Assembly (NCBI GenBank): GCA_963662545.2
Contig: CAXXLL010000002.1
Span: 1,504,001 to 1,568,000 of the forward strand
DNA length: 64,000 bases
Source of the DNA: Gammaproteobacteria bacterium
GTDB taxonomy: Bacteria > Pseudomonadota > Gammaproteobacteria > Ga0077536
Direction of reading: 5' to 3'
Notes under the pieces: generated by a model
What the model was told of the DNA's origin: nothing
The model's input: only the letters and a program-made list of their open reading frames with translations
Databases searched by the model: none
Translations under genes and position numbers: made by a program
In this document: one piece after another, positions 1 to 9,668 of the stretch
How the letters are laid out: each line of letters opens with the position of its first letter
Numbering within the stretch: position 1 is the first letter of the stretch

Positions 1-985
1 CGAGCATCGACCACCCATTCGGCCCGTAGAAGACCGCATTGACATTGCGTGAACTATTGATTGCCAGGATCCTCGCCTCGCCGATGTACACCCACGTGTG
101 TTCCATCGGCCGGCCGTTAAAGCCGTAGAAGTCTTCCAGGGTATGGTCCGTGCCCAATAAGGAATCGTATTTAACCTCCACGGAGATGCGGCGCACACGC
201 CGCAGGCTCGGAATGTAGGCCCACGAGTCGTCGGCTTTGTGCGGGTCCGCATAGCGCAGGATCAAAAACGAGGTGCCGGCGATGTCGAACGGCGAAACGA
301 AGGCCGTATGCTCGCGAAAGTTGGTGCCTTTCGCGAAGCCCTTGCCGTCGTTAAACAGGTAGTTCGAATCGGGCAGATCGGCGCGGTGCGACATGAGTAC
401 GCGCTGATAGGGTCCTCTTAACAATCGCTCGAACCTGCCGCCCCCGAGATAGTTTTCTTTGTATCTTCCGCCAGACCCGGTCACGGCTTCGTGATTGTGA
501 TGCGAACCTCCAGGGCGCACCCAGATCCACTGCACGTCATTGACGCTAATACCCGCATACTGCCAGCGGAACATATAGTTCCAGATCAGCCGCCAGCCAT
601 CCTCGCCGCTGCCGGGCGTGAACTTCTCCGGATCAAACGGACGGCCAGCGGTGTAATTCTCGTGCGCGCCATCGCTTGCTAATGTCGCCGTACCGTAAAA
701 CTGCTCAGTCGCCTTCAGGTAGACTTCGTGCGGAGTCAGGTCATCGGGCTCGACTATCCTCATATCCATGCCTTCGAAGAGGAGCGAGGACTGCTGCTCC
801 TCGGGAATGAAGGGTCTGAGCAGATCCGCATCTTCATACGTAATGGTGTCACCGACGATGAATTGTGGCTGAGCGTCCTGGTTCTGCTTGAGCCACGCCA
901 GGTGATCTTCTCGGGTAAACGCATTCCCTATAACTGGCTGCGCCGCTAATATCGCGGCCAACGCGTATTGCGCGTATTTCAACAT
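1..985 (-). CDS. DUF1329-family periplasmic protein (3' end runs off the window; not in ORF track)
   Basis: Manual translation: ATG at 985 with GGAGG RBS, signal peptide MLKYAQYALAAILAAQPVIGNA, motifs NYTAGRPFD and DDSWAYIPSLRRVRRIS typical of DUF1329. Confidence 0.8.
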   Translation of the reverse strand, partial: MLKYAQYALAAILAAQPVIGNAFTREDHLAWLKQNQDAQPQFIVGDTITYEDADLLRPFIPEEQQSSLLFEGMDMRIVEPDDLTPHEVYLKATEQFYGTATLASDGAHENYTAGRPFDPEKFTPGSGEDGWRLIWNYMFRWQYAGISVNDVQWIWVRPGGSHHNHEAVTGSGGRYKENYLGGGRFERLLRGPYQRVLMSHRADLPDSNYLFNDGKGFAKGTNFREHTAFVSPFDIAGTSFLILRYADPHKADDSWAYIPSLRRVRRISVEVKYDSLLGTDHTLEDFYGFNGRPMEHTWVYIGEARILAINSSRNVNAVFYGPNGWSML

Positions 986-1301
986 GTTGAAGTCCTCCCG
1001 TTTGTTGTGATCAAAAACAACGAAACATAAAGACAGAAATCACCACCCTTTTTCGATTCGGCATCGAGAGTACGGCGTTGGTCCGGACAAGCTAGCTTGT
1101 CCGGCAGGCAGGCGTCAATCACCGCCTGTGAATAGAGTATAAATATAATGTGAAATTTATGTGAAATCTGACCCTGATCTTCCAGCGTTCTTGCCGGTTA
1201 GTGTCCGGGAAGTTGTCTTCTTTTGAGCTTGGGCTATGCGTAATATGCCGTTCTGTGGGGGCAATGATGGAATAGCCGCCCAACAGAGTGAGGAGGCAGC
1301 A

Positions 1302-1808
1302 ATGACGGTTTCAGTCAACGGCATCGCGCACATTCAACTAACCGTAAACGACCCTGGGCGTTGCGTTCCATTCTGGGAGAAGCTGTGTCATTTTCTGGCA
1401 ATGCAAACGCTGTTACGCAATGAAGACTCGGTCTACTGCATCGGAAGCCGCACCGGCATCCTGGTTCGGGGTGCGCCCGCGGATAAGCGAGGCAAGCGCT
1501 TCGACCAGGATACGGCGGGATTGCACCATCTTTGCTTTCGAGCACGCAGCGCTGAGGACGTGGACGCCATCGCACGCTTCGTTACCGAAGAATTGCAGGC
1601 GAAAGTGATACACCCGCCCGAGGATGGCTCGCAATTCGCTCCCGGCTACTATTCATTTCTATGCGAAGACCCCGACGGTATTCGCATCGAGTTCAATTTT
1701 GTTCCCGGCAAGGGCCATCTCGGCGAGGGCGGCCGACTTGGACGGGGTGGCGAAGGGCCTGCGGACTCCTATGGCGGAGATGGGCTGGCCAATCGACAAA
1801 GTCGTTAG
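1302..1808 (+). CDS. VOC/glyoxalase family protein
   Basis: GIAHIQLTV...GLHHLCFRA...EDPDGIRIEF motifs; GAGGAGG RBS before ATG 1302. Confidence 0.85.
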   Translation: MTVSVNGIAHIQLTVNDPGRCVPFWEKLCHFLAMQTLLRNEDSVYCIGSRTGILVRGAPADKRGKRFDQDTAGLHHLCFRARSAEDVDAIARFVTEELQAKVIHPPEDGSQFAPGYYSFLCEDPDGIRIEFNFVPGKGHLGEGGRLGRGGEGPADSYGGDGLANRQSR

Positions 1809-1996
1809 CCTGGTCTGCTCACGAATGCGTAAAGCGAGAGAGTGAAGATGCTTAGCACGTGGTGGTTATGGTGATCGTGAATATCCGCAAAGTACGAATC
1901 AAATTAAACGGATCAAGCGCGGTTCAATAATCGTGGACTTGAGGGGGCTGTGCTTTTATTCTTGCCGTACACTAAATCTTTCGAGGAGATAGACCC

Positions 1997-2404
1997 ATGC
2001 GTACTCATGTAATTACGACAGTAGTTGCCTTCGTATTCACGTTGGGACTCAACCCACAAGTCGCTCGAGCCGACCATCACGAAGGGGGGCCGGCGGTGTT
2101 GCAAGTATTTACCATCGACGCGGCTGCGAAGGACCGGCCGGCGGTGCTTGAGCGGTTGAAAAAACTTCAAGCAATCCTTGCAAAGGAAGGCCAACCGAAA
2201 TTTCGTGTTTGGCTGGGGTCCTACGCCGGTGAAAATGTCGGCCAGCTATTTATTACGATAGAACGTAAAAATTATGCTGATTTCGGCGTCAACCAAGGTA
2301 AGGTCATGAGTTCTGATGCAGTCAGCAAGTGGATCGCGGACATTGATAATTCGGGGATTAGCAAACTGGTAGGACAGAGTTTGCTGACGGACGTAACGCC
2401 TTAA
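1997..2404 (+). CDS. Secreted hypothetical protein
   Basis: GAGGAG RBS; N-terminal signal peptide ending VARA; 135 aa. Confidence 0.7.
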   Translation: MRTHVITTVVAFVFTLGLNPQVARADHHEGGPAVLQVFTIDAAAKDRPAVLERLKKLQAILAKEGQPKFRVWLGSYAGENVGQLFITIERKNYADFGVNQGKVMSSDAVSKWIADIDNSGISKLVGQSLLTDVTP

Positions 2405-2623
2405 TCATCGGTCGTCAATGACGGGGGCCGCTACCTGCTAATTCCGAAGGTAGACACCCGACTTCTTATGCGCCGTCCAAAGCGGTGGAAAGGCTGCTCC
2501 CGAGGGGCTATTTGGTCCGGCGCTCAGTAGGTGCTGCGCCGCGTATCGGGGCGCCAGTATGGGGCGGCAGACGTATTCTAGCCGCCTCGTTTAGTGGAGT
2601 GCCCAAGTCGGAGGGAGTGCCCT

Positions 2624-3313
2624 GTGGCCCACAACGGAAAATATAGGGTCCTCGTCCTCACATCTGATCCGAATACCATTGACAAGGTCACCGCGATCGC
2701 CAACACGGCCTTTGCGAACGTCACGGTCATCTTCTGGGAATTTGGCAACGTGGCGACGAAAGGCGATGTCATCAAACAGATGGAGGCATGCGACTTCAAC
2801 CTTCTCATTTCTTACATCAACGGCATCATTTTCAAACACCACCATCTGGCGCGCGCAAGCTGGGGCGCCATTAACGTTCATCCCTCGCCGCCCGAGCAGC
2901 CCGGATGCTGGGGGATCTGGTGCGCGCCCGTGATCAGGCGGGATATCCGTACACACCACGACGTGACGGTTCACGAGATTGACGAGGATATCGACCATGG
3001 CCCGATCTACATGGTCGAGCGCTGGGAGGTTGCACCGACCGACAGCATCCAGGATGTTGAGCACCGCAGCGACGAAGTCTGTATGAAGATGTACGAGGCC
3101 GTAGTCGCGAGGCTCGCAGAAAGCACCAATGGCACCGCGTGTTTCGAGCGACTCGACGAGGCCTGGAATCCCGCTACCGGTAACTTCAGGCCAGAAGATG
3201 TTCGGGACTGGTTCAGCAAACTCGACCCCGCTCACCCCGCCCACCAGGAACGGGTGTGGTTGAACCATCCCAATGCTATTTACTCGCCGCCCTATTTCTC
3301 GGATCTCGACTGA
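2624..3313 (+). CDS. Stand-alone formyltransferase family protein
   Basis: AINVHPSPP and VTVHEIDEDIDHGPI motifs of the formyl_trans_N fold; GTG start after GGAGGGAG. Confidence 0.75.
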   Translation: MAHNGKYRVLVLTSDPNTIDKVTAIANTAFANVTVIFWEFGNVATKGDVIKQMEACDFNLLISYINGIIFKHHHLARASWGAINVHPSPPEQPGCWGIWCAPVIRRDIRTHHDVTVHEIDEDIDHGPIYMVERWEVAPTDSIQDVEHRSDEVCMKMYEAVVARLAESTNGTACFERLDEAWNPATGNFRPEDVRDWFSKLDPAHPAHQERVWLNHPNAIYSPPYFSDLD

Positions 3314-3400
3314 AACCTCATCGACTTCGGCCAGGGCCCGAACAGAATACCCCGTTTGGCGAACCAACGACTTGCAATGGGATTAAGTCTTGGGCGGTGC

Positions 3401-4786
3401 GAGTTATTGTCAAAAGTGGTGTTCAGGCGGTTGAATCAAGCGGCGACCTGATTGACCCTTGTCACCTCGATACCATCTTCAAATTTAACTCCAGTAATCA
3501 CCTTGGCCAGGTAGTCGAATCCACGTAGGCGTCGCCAATTCTTCTGCGCACACCGCCCCAGCTTGAACATCATATGGAGCATGCCGTCCCGAGAGAGACC
3601 GCCCTTGGAGCGCCGGGTCCGGTGCCGGATCGTAGCGAAGGTGGATTCAATCGGATTGCTCGTGCGAATGCTTTGCCAATGTGGTGCCGGAAAATCATAG
3701 AACGCCAGCAACTCCTCACGGTCTTTCTGTAGGCACAGGGTCGCCTTGGGATACTTCGGTTCATAGGTCTTGAGGAACAGCTCGAACGCCTTCTCGGCGT
3801 CGGCCTTTGTCGCGGCCTGCCAGATCGCGTGCAGGGCTTGCTTGGCTTTGGCCTGTGCTGACTTCGGTAGGCAGTTCAGCACGTTCATCGTCTTGTGCAT
3901 CCAGCAGCGTTGCTGGCGGGTCTCACCGTAGACTTCCTCCAGTGCGGCCCAGAAGCCCATGGCACCGTCCCCGATCGCCAGCTTGGGAATATTCATCCCG
4001 CGTGACTTCAATTTCAGCAACACCTCGCGCCAGCTCTGCGTGGACTCCCGCACACCATCCTCCATCGCCAAAAAACGCTTCTCGCCTCGCTCATTGACGC
4101 CGATCACCACCAACGCACACAGCTTCGTGTGCTCCGCCCGCAGGCCACTGTAGACACCGTCCGCCCACACCTACACCCAGCGGTCTTGGTCCAATCGCCC
4201 CTCGCACCAGTCGCGGTATTCTTGCGCCCACACCTGCTTCAAGCGCGACACGGTGCTCGCCGACAGGCCCTTCGCCTGCGGCCCCAACAAAACTTCCAGC
4301 GCAGCGCCCATTTCGCCACTGGAAACGCCCTTCAAATACAGCCACGGCACGGCCGCCTCCAAGGTTGTTGTCTTGCGCACATACGGCGGCACCAGCGCTG
4401 AACGGAAGGTCACCGGCTCGCCGAGCTTCGAACGAACCTTCGGTATCCTGACCGTGACCGTCCCCAAGCCCGTCTGCAACTGTCGCTCCGGCAAATAGCC
4501 GTTCCGAACGACACCCGCTTTGTCGTCCGCCGTGCGATGTCCTGAATACTGCGCCATATATTCTGCCAGCTCGATTTCAACCGCTCGTTCAATCAGAGCC
4601 CGAGCACCGTTTCTCAAGACCTCCGTCAACGGATCTGGTATTCCTTCTCGACCTGATAATTCAACAACGTTACTCTCTCTCATGGTGGCGTATCCTCTTT
4701 GGTTGGCTTGCTGCTTGGTAACAACATTTCAACCAGATACGCCGCCTTTATTCAATTCGCTCAAACACCAGATTCAGTTATAACTC
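3401..4786 (-). mobile_element. IS256-family insertion sequence
   Basis: Imperfect terminal IRs (GAGTTATTGTCAAAAGTGGTGTTCAG / GAGTTATAACTGAATCTGGTGTTTGA); flanking direct repeat TGGGCGGTGC at 3391-3400 and 4787-4796. Confidence 0.9.
3436..4683 (-). pseudogene. IS256 transposase with in-frame amber stop at 4171-4173
   Basis: Two in-frame ORFs joined at RWV*VWADG; mutator-type motifs RNGY, YLKGVS, QRCWMHK, IRTSNPIES. Confidence 0.85.
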
Positions 4787-4854
4787 TGGGCGGTGCACAC
4801 CGGCAGTTATTCGCCGTAAGTATCAGTACGGTCTGCACCAAGCTCTGGCACCAC

Positions 4855-5388
4855 TTACTTGCGAAATACAGCCAGCGAATCCTCGCACCACTGGATCCCC
4901 GCACTTTCGCTCGCGATCCCGCGCGTCAAGCTCAGGTACATACAGCGGTATTTGAAGGGTAGTTTTTCGGGCTCGGGGAAGTGCAGCGCCTCGAGTTCGC
5001 CGTAGTGGGCGAGAAGGTCGCGGTGGTGGGCTAATTGCGCCTCGAGTTCCGTGATGATGTGATCCCGATCGATCAGGTGCGCGGCAAACAGCTTGATCAA
5101 AAACGCGTTGCGCGTCGGCTGGCGTTTGCTGGGAACGGACAGCCAGCGCTTCAATTCTTTGCGGCCGGTGGCCGTGATCCGGTGAATCTTCTTCGTGGGC
5201 CTCGTTTCCTGTGCGACGGCTCTAGCGGATACCAGTTTCTCCCGTGCCATGCGCTTGAGTTCCTGATAAATCTGCTGGTGGCTGGCCTGCCAGAAATGGC
5301 CTAGACCGCTCGTGAAGCGCTGGGTGATTTCGTAACCCGTGCCCTCGGTGTCGGACAGGGTGACCAGGATGGCGTGTCGCAGGGACAT
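4855..5388 (-). CDS. PadR-family (AphA-like) transcriptional regulator
   Basis: MSLRHAILVTL...TGYEITQRF...GHFWQASHQQIYQEL closely resembles the AphA-type PadR N-terminus. Confidence 0.9.
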   Translation of the reverse strand: MSLRHAILVTLSDTEGTGYEITQRFTSGLGHFWQASHQQIYQELKRMAREKLVSARAVAQETRPTKKIHRITATGRKELKRWLSVPSKRQPTRNAFLIKLFAAHLIDRDHIITELEAQLAHHRDLLAHYGELEALHFPEPEKLPFKYRCMYLSLTRGIASESAGIQWCEDSLAVFRK

Positions 5389-5463
5389 GTGGACTCCGAT
5401 TGCCGCTGTGTTCGCGCTTGCCGCGCGAGTGGAGGTGTTCGAATACGGTGCAATATAACAAAA

Positions 5464-5483
5464 ATATGCAAAAACTTGCATAT
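5464..5483. promoter_or_regulatory. PadR/AphA-type operator 1
   Basis: Perfect palindrome ATATGCA-aaaact-TGCATAT between divergent regulator and dioxygenase. Confidence 0.75.
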
Positions 5484-5503
5484 CAACTGGCGAAAGCTAT
5501 ACT

Positions 5504-5523
5504 TTATGCAAATAGTTGCATAA
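5504..5523. promoter_or_regulatory. PadR/AphA-type operator 2
   Basis: TTATGCA-aatagt-TGCATAA, 40 bp from operator 1. Confidence 0.7.
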
Positions 5524-5545
5524 CAACCTATTTCTAGGAGCCAAC

Positions 5546-6985
5546 ATGAGCGCCACCCCTGATCTCCCGATGTCCGATCCCTTTGCCCCTCTGGGCCATT
5601 CCATCACCGAGGAATATCACTATGCCCCGTCTATCGAAGGCCGACTTCCTCTAGGACTCGAGGGCACCTTGCTGCGCAACGGTCCCGGCCTGTTCGAGCG
5701 CGCCGGGCGGCGCAAGCGTCACCTGCTGGACGGCGACGGTCTGCTCCAAGCGTTTCGCATTGCCGGCGGCAAAGTCGATTACCAGGCGCGCTTCGTACGC
5801 ACCGAAAAATTCAAAGATGAAGAACGGGCTGGGCATTATCTCTACCCGACATGGACCACGCGCTCGGCCAAAGGCATGTTGAGCAATAGTATCGGGCGCA
5901 TCCGAACGCAGGCGGGCGTCAGCGTCGTAGCTAAGCGGGGCCGGGTCTTCGCGTTCGACGATATCGGCCTGCCCTACGAAATCGACTCCTCGACGCTCGC
6001 AACGATCGGCGTTTACCAACCCGGAGATCGATCGGGGTCTCAAAATTTCAACGCCCACACGCGTTACGACAGTGCGACCGGTGACTGGCTGCTTTTCGGC
6101 CAGGAACATGGCCGGCGCTATGAAATCAAGGTCTTGATTCTCGATCACCAACTGCGCCGGAAAAAATTCTTCAAGATCGCGCCACCGCACGCAACCTACC
6201 TGCACGACTGGTTCGCGACCGAACACTACGTCGTGTTCAACCTGCACGCGCTACGGATCAATCCATTTCCCGGTCTGCTCGGCTTGAAGGCGTTTACCGA
6301 GTGTCTGCACTGGGCACCCGAACGCGGCAATCACCTCATGGTGATCGACAAGAACACGGGGCAGGTCGTGGCACAGGGAGACGCTCCAGCGGCTTTCATG
6401 TGGCACAGCATGAATGCCTATGAACAGGGTGATTCGATCGTCGCGGATTTCGTCGGCTACGACGAGCCTGATCACTTCATCGGCGCTGATCCCTACTTCG
6501 AACGTATCATGCGGGGCGAGCCCGGGCGCTTCCACGCGCCGGGAACGCTGCGGCGTTACCGTATCCCGCTTTCCTCCGGGCAGGTGGAAGAGACCATCGT
6601 CGACGGTGGACATTTTGAGTTTCCGATGATCGACGTGCGCCGGGCCGGCCGCACATACCGCTTCGGTTACCTGGCCGAGGCTGCACAAGGCACCGGCTGG
6701 CACGACAGTGTCGCGCGCGTCGACATGGAAACCGGAGCCAAGTCGCGATTTACTTTCGGTGAGGGCGTACAGGTCGGAGAACCCGTGGTTGTCCCACACG
6801 TGGATTCCGACCCGGACACCCAAGCTCAATCCGTGTGGCTGTTGAGCGTGATATTCAAAGCCGATACACGGACCAGTGCGCTGGCGGTGGTCGACGGTGA
6901 GCACATCGAGGATGGCCCGATTGCGACAGTCGAGCTCGATCACGCCACACCGCTCAGTTTTCACGGTACGTGGATGGAAGCTTAA
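5546..6985 (+). CDS. Carotenoid oxygenase / lignostilbene dioxygenase family protein
   Basis: GTLLRNGPG, HLLDGDG, conserved His residues (AHT, LHD, WHS, SFHGTW), EFPMID, GEPVVVP. Confidence 0.9.
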   Translation: MSATPDLPMSDPFAPLGHSITEEYHYAPSIEGRLPLGLEGTLLRNGPGLFERAGRRKRHLLDGDGLLQAFRIAGGKVDYQARFVRTEKFKDEERAGHYLYPTWTTRSAKGMLSNSIGRIRTQAGVSVVAKRGRVFAFDDIGLPYEIDSSTLATIGVYQPGDRSGSQNFNAHTRYDSATGDWLLFGQEHGRRYEIKVLILDHQLRRKKFFKIAPPHATYLHDWFATEHYVVFNLHALRINPFPGLLGLKAFTECLHWAPERGNHLMVIDKNTGQVVAQGDAPAAFMWHSMNAYEQGDSIVADFVGYDEPDHFIGADPYFERIMRGEPGRFHAPGTLRRYRIPLSSGQVEETIVDGGHFEFPMIDVRRAGRTYRFGYLAEAAQGTGWHDSVARVDMETGAKSRFTFGEGVQVGEPVVVPHVDSDPDTQAQSVWLLSVIFKADTRTSALAVVDGEHIEDGPIATVELDHATPLSFHGTWMEA

Positions 6986-6995
6986 AATTTTCCAA

Positions 6996-7190
6996 TGGCC
7001 GCGCGCGATTCGTCGATTAAGAATTGGTAGTTGCCAATGGCGCGGTCGATGCGCTTGCCGAGTGCCGGCCTGTCATCGGCCCATTTACGCATGACGTCGT
7101 GCTCGACCTTGAAGCGCTCTCATTCTTCGTCCAGCTGGGGCTTTGAGCCCTGCGGTGGCACCGGCAGCTTGACGGCATAAAGCGGGAAAC
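6996..7190 (-). pseudogene. Possible 3' remnant of an unidentified gene
   Basis: Coding-like frame LYAVKLPVPPQGSKPQLDEE*ERFKVEHDVMRKWADD...; no start codon, internal TGA; coordinates approximate. Confidence 0.3.
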
Positions 7191-7376
7191 GCAGGATTAC
7201 AGCGAAGAACGGAATCGTAGAATCTGGTCTTAATTAAACATCGCCGGCGATACGAGTATTAGGCTTACGCTCTGGATGCTCCGGTAGACGTGCCCGCCCA
7301 ACCGTATCGAGTGGTACGGCACTGGACGACGTGTCATCATTTCAGCAAGCGGCCGTTCGACGAAAGGGTGCTCGCC

Positions 7377-9668
7377 ATGACACAAGTGACAAAGCTCGAC
7401 GTACCCAAAGGCCATTCCCTGCATCACGTCGTCTGCCCCCACGACTGCCCGGACACCTGCTCGATGCTGGTCACGCGCGATGACCGCACCGGCCGCGCGG
7501 TTCGCGTACAAGGGGATCCGACCCACCCCATTACGCGCGGTCATCTCTGTAACAAAGTCAATCATTACCTCGATCTGGTCTACAACGACAAGCGCGTGCT
7601 TTACCCCCACAAGCGGGTGGGGCCCAAGGGACCCGGTGCCCGGTTCGAGCGCATAGGCTGGGACGAAGCCCTCGACACTGTGACCGGGAAATTTAAACAG
7701 ATCATCGTTGAATTTGGTTCGGAGGCGATCCAGCCTTTCAATTTTTCCGGCACGCTCGGGATGATCGGGTATTGGGGGATGGACAACCGCTTCTGGAACA
7801 AGATGGAGGCCGCCCGCCTCGAAATGTCCATCTGCGTTCACGCTGCTTACTGGGCCTGCCAGCACACCTATGGATCGGCCAACGGCGCGGACATCGCCAT
7901 CGCGTCCGAGGACGCCGAGGTGATTATTCTCTGGGCTTTTAACCCGGTCTCGACCGGGGTCCATGCCATGCCCTTCATCCGCGAAGCACGCGCACGGGGC
8001 TGCAAGATCATCGCCATCGATCCGCGCCAGACCCGCTCCACCTGGATCGCGGACTGGCATGTCCAACCACGGCCGGGTACGGATGGTGCGCTCGCGCTCG
8101 GGATGATGAAGGTCATCGTCGACAACGACCTGCACGATCTCGATTTCCTCGCGCAGCACACCCGCGGATGGCAGGAACTCATCGAAACCAGGCTGCCCGA
8201 CTACCCACTCGACCGGGTCTCGAAGATCACGGGCTTGCCGGCCGCCGACATCGAACGGCTGGCGCTCACTTACGGCTCGACCAGAAAAACCAATATTCGC
8301 GCCGGTCACGGACTCAACCGGCATCAGAACTCGGGGCAGATGTGCCGCGCGATACTGCTTTTGCCGGCCATCACCGGCGCGTGGCGTGAGCGTTGCGGCG
8401 GTGCCGGCTTCGGCCGCATCGAGGAAAACTGGGATCCCTTCTTTTTCGAGGAATTCCAACGCTTCGATCTCGGGGACCGCGACAGCAAGCGCCTCGTAAA
8501 CATGGTCCAGATGGGCCAAGCGCTGGTTGACGACATCGGCGTCGACGGCGAAAAACTGGATCCCCCGATCAAATGCCTGTTCGTCTACAACGCCGATCCC
8601 GCGAACTGTGTGCCTAATTCGAACAATATGCGCAAGGGCCTCATGCGCGACGATCTGTTCACGGTGGTACACGACACTTTCTGGACCGATTCCTGTGATT
8701 ACGCGGACATCGTCCTGCCGGCCGACACCCAGCTCGAACGTACGGACTTCCACGGTTCTTACGGTTTTTTTCATTACGCGATGAATCTGCCCGTGATCGA
8801 GCCGCTGGGCGAGAGTGTGTGCAACAGCGAACTCTTCCGCCGCTTGGCACACAAGATGGGGTACGTCGAGACCAGCGACAATGCCTTCACGCAGACCGAC
8901 GAAGAGATCATTCGGGATGTGCTGGTCGACGGTGGGCGCAACCCGCTGCTGGAAGGCGTTACCTACGAGTACATGAAGGAAAACGGCTGGGCCATGGGCC
9001 GCTTCGATTCGCCCCGCCGGCGCTACACCGAGATCGGCTGGCCGACCGCGGACGGCAAGATCCAGATCTATTCCGATGCCTTGAAGGAACTGGGCCAGGA
9101 TCCGCTGCCGACATACGTGCCCGAGGTCGAGGGCCAGGAGGATGCCCTGCGCGAGCGTTACCCCTTGCAGGTTCTGAGTACTGCCTCGCACTATTTCATC
9201 GGCGATTCGTTCCAGTCGGTCGAGCGCCTGCGCGCGATGGAGTCGCGCCCGACCTTTGAAATGAACCCCGATGATGCGAGGACTCGCGGAATCGAAGACG
9301 GCGATCTGTGCCGTTTGTTCAATGATCGCGGCGAGACCTTTGGCTACGCCGTCGTTATCGAAGGCCTGCTGCAGGGTGTTCTTGGTACCCAAAAGCAGTT
9401 CAAGGGCAGCGACACGCCCGGGGGCGTCAACGTCAATGCCCTGAACTCCGAAGTCCTGTCGGATTTCGGCTTTGCACCGACGTTTTATTCCTGTCTCGCG
9501 GAAGTGGAGAGGGCCAGCGACGCAATGTGCCAGCAGGCGCTGCTCAAGGAATGGGGTGGCGAGGCGGGTTACATCAGGAACTGGCGCGCGCAGAATCCCG
9601 GGGTGGAGGCGAGCGACACAGACATCCTCGAACAGGCGCGCACCGCGCACCCGGGAGTGTTCGACTGA
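7377..9668 (+). CDS. Molybdopterin-dependent oxidoreductase (DMSO reductase superfamily) with N-terminal [4Fe-4S] site
   Basis: CPHDCPDTC...GHLCNK, PGTDGALALG, DYADIVLPA, C-terminal MNPDDARTRGIEDGD. Confidence 0.92.
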   Translation: MTQVTKLDVPKGHSLHHVVCPHDCPDTCSMLVTRDDRTGRAVRVQGDPTHPITRGHLCNKVNHYLDLVYNDKRVLYPHKRVGPKGPGARFERIGWDEALDTVTGKFKQIIVEFGSEAIQPFNFSGTLGMIGYWGMDNRFWNKMEAARLEMSICVHAAYWACQHTYGSANGADIAIASEDAEVIILWAFNPVSTGVHAMPFIREARARGCKIIAIDPRQTRSTWIADWHVQPRPGTDGALALGMMKVIVDNDLHDLDFLAQHTRGWQELIETRLPDYPLDRVSKITGLPAADIERLALTYGSTRKTNIRAGHGLNRHQNSGQMCRAILLLPAITGAWRERCGGAGFGRIEENWDPFFFEEFQRFDLGDRDSKRLVNMVQMGQALVDDIGVDGEKLDPPIKCLFVYNADPANCVPNSNNMRKGLMRDDLFTVVHDTFWTDSCDYADIVLPADTQLERTDFHGSYGFFHYAMNLPVIEPLGESVCNSELFRRLAHKMGYVETSDNAFTQTDEEIIRDVLVDGGRNPLLEGVTYEYMKENGWAMGRFDSPRRRYTEIGWPTADGKIQIYSDALKELGQDPLPTYVPEVEGQEDALRERYPLQVLSTASHYFIGDSFQSVERLRAMESRPTFEMNPDDARTRGIEDGDLCRLFNDRGETFGYAVVIEGLLQGVLGTQKQFKGSDTPGGVNVNALNSEVLSDFGFAPTFYSCLAEVERASDAMCQQALLKEWGGEAGYIRNWRAQNPGVEASDTDILEQARTAHPGVFD

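Noticed and set aside
2405-2620. Possible riboswitch upstream of the formyltransferase
   Set aside because: Only short complementary segments; no THF, ZTP or other consensus recognisable by eye
4171-4173. In-frame TAG in the IS256 transposase as possible pyrrolysine or read-through
   Set aside because: The position corresponds to the Tyr of WVYVWADG; one substitution from TAC/TAT explains it and there is no pyl context
7120-7140. TGA in the remnant frame DEE*ERFK as a second selenocysteine
   Set aside because: No redox or metal motif, no start codon and no clear hairpin; more likely TGG to TGA decay
7230-9650. 806-aa antisense ORF, and similar long shadow ORFs such as 51192-52736, 10985-12331 and 46440-47540
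   Set aside because: They overlap well-supported genes, have no recognisable motifs and are expected in high-GC coding DNA
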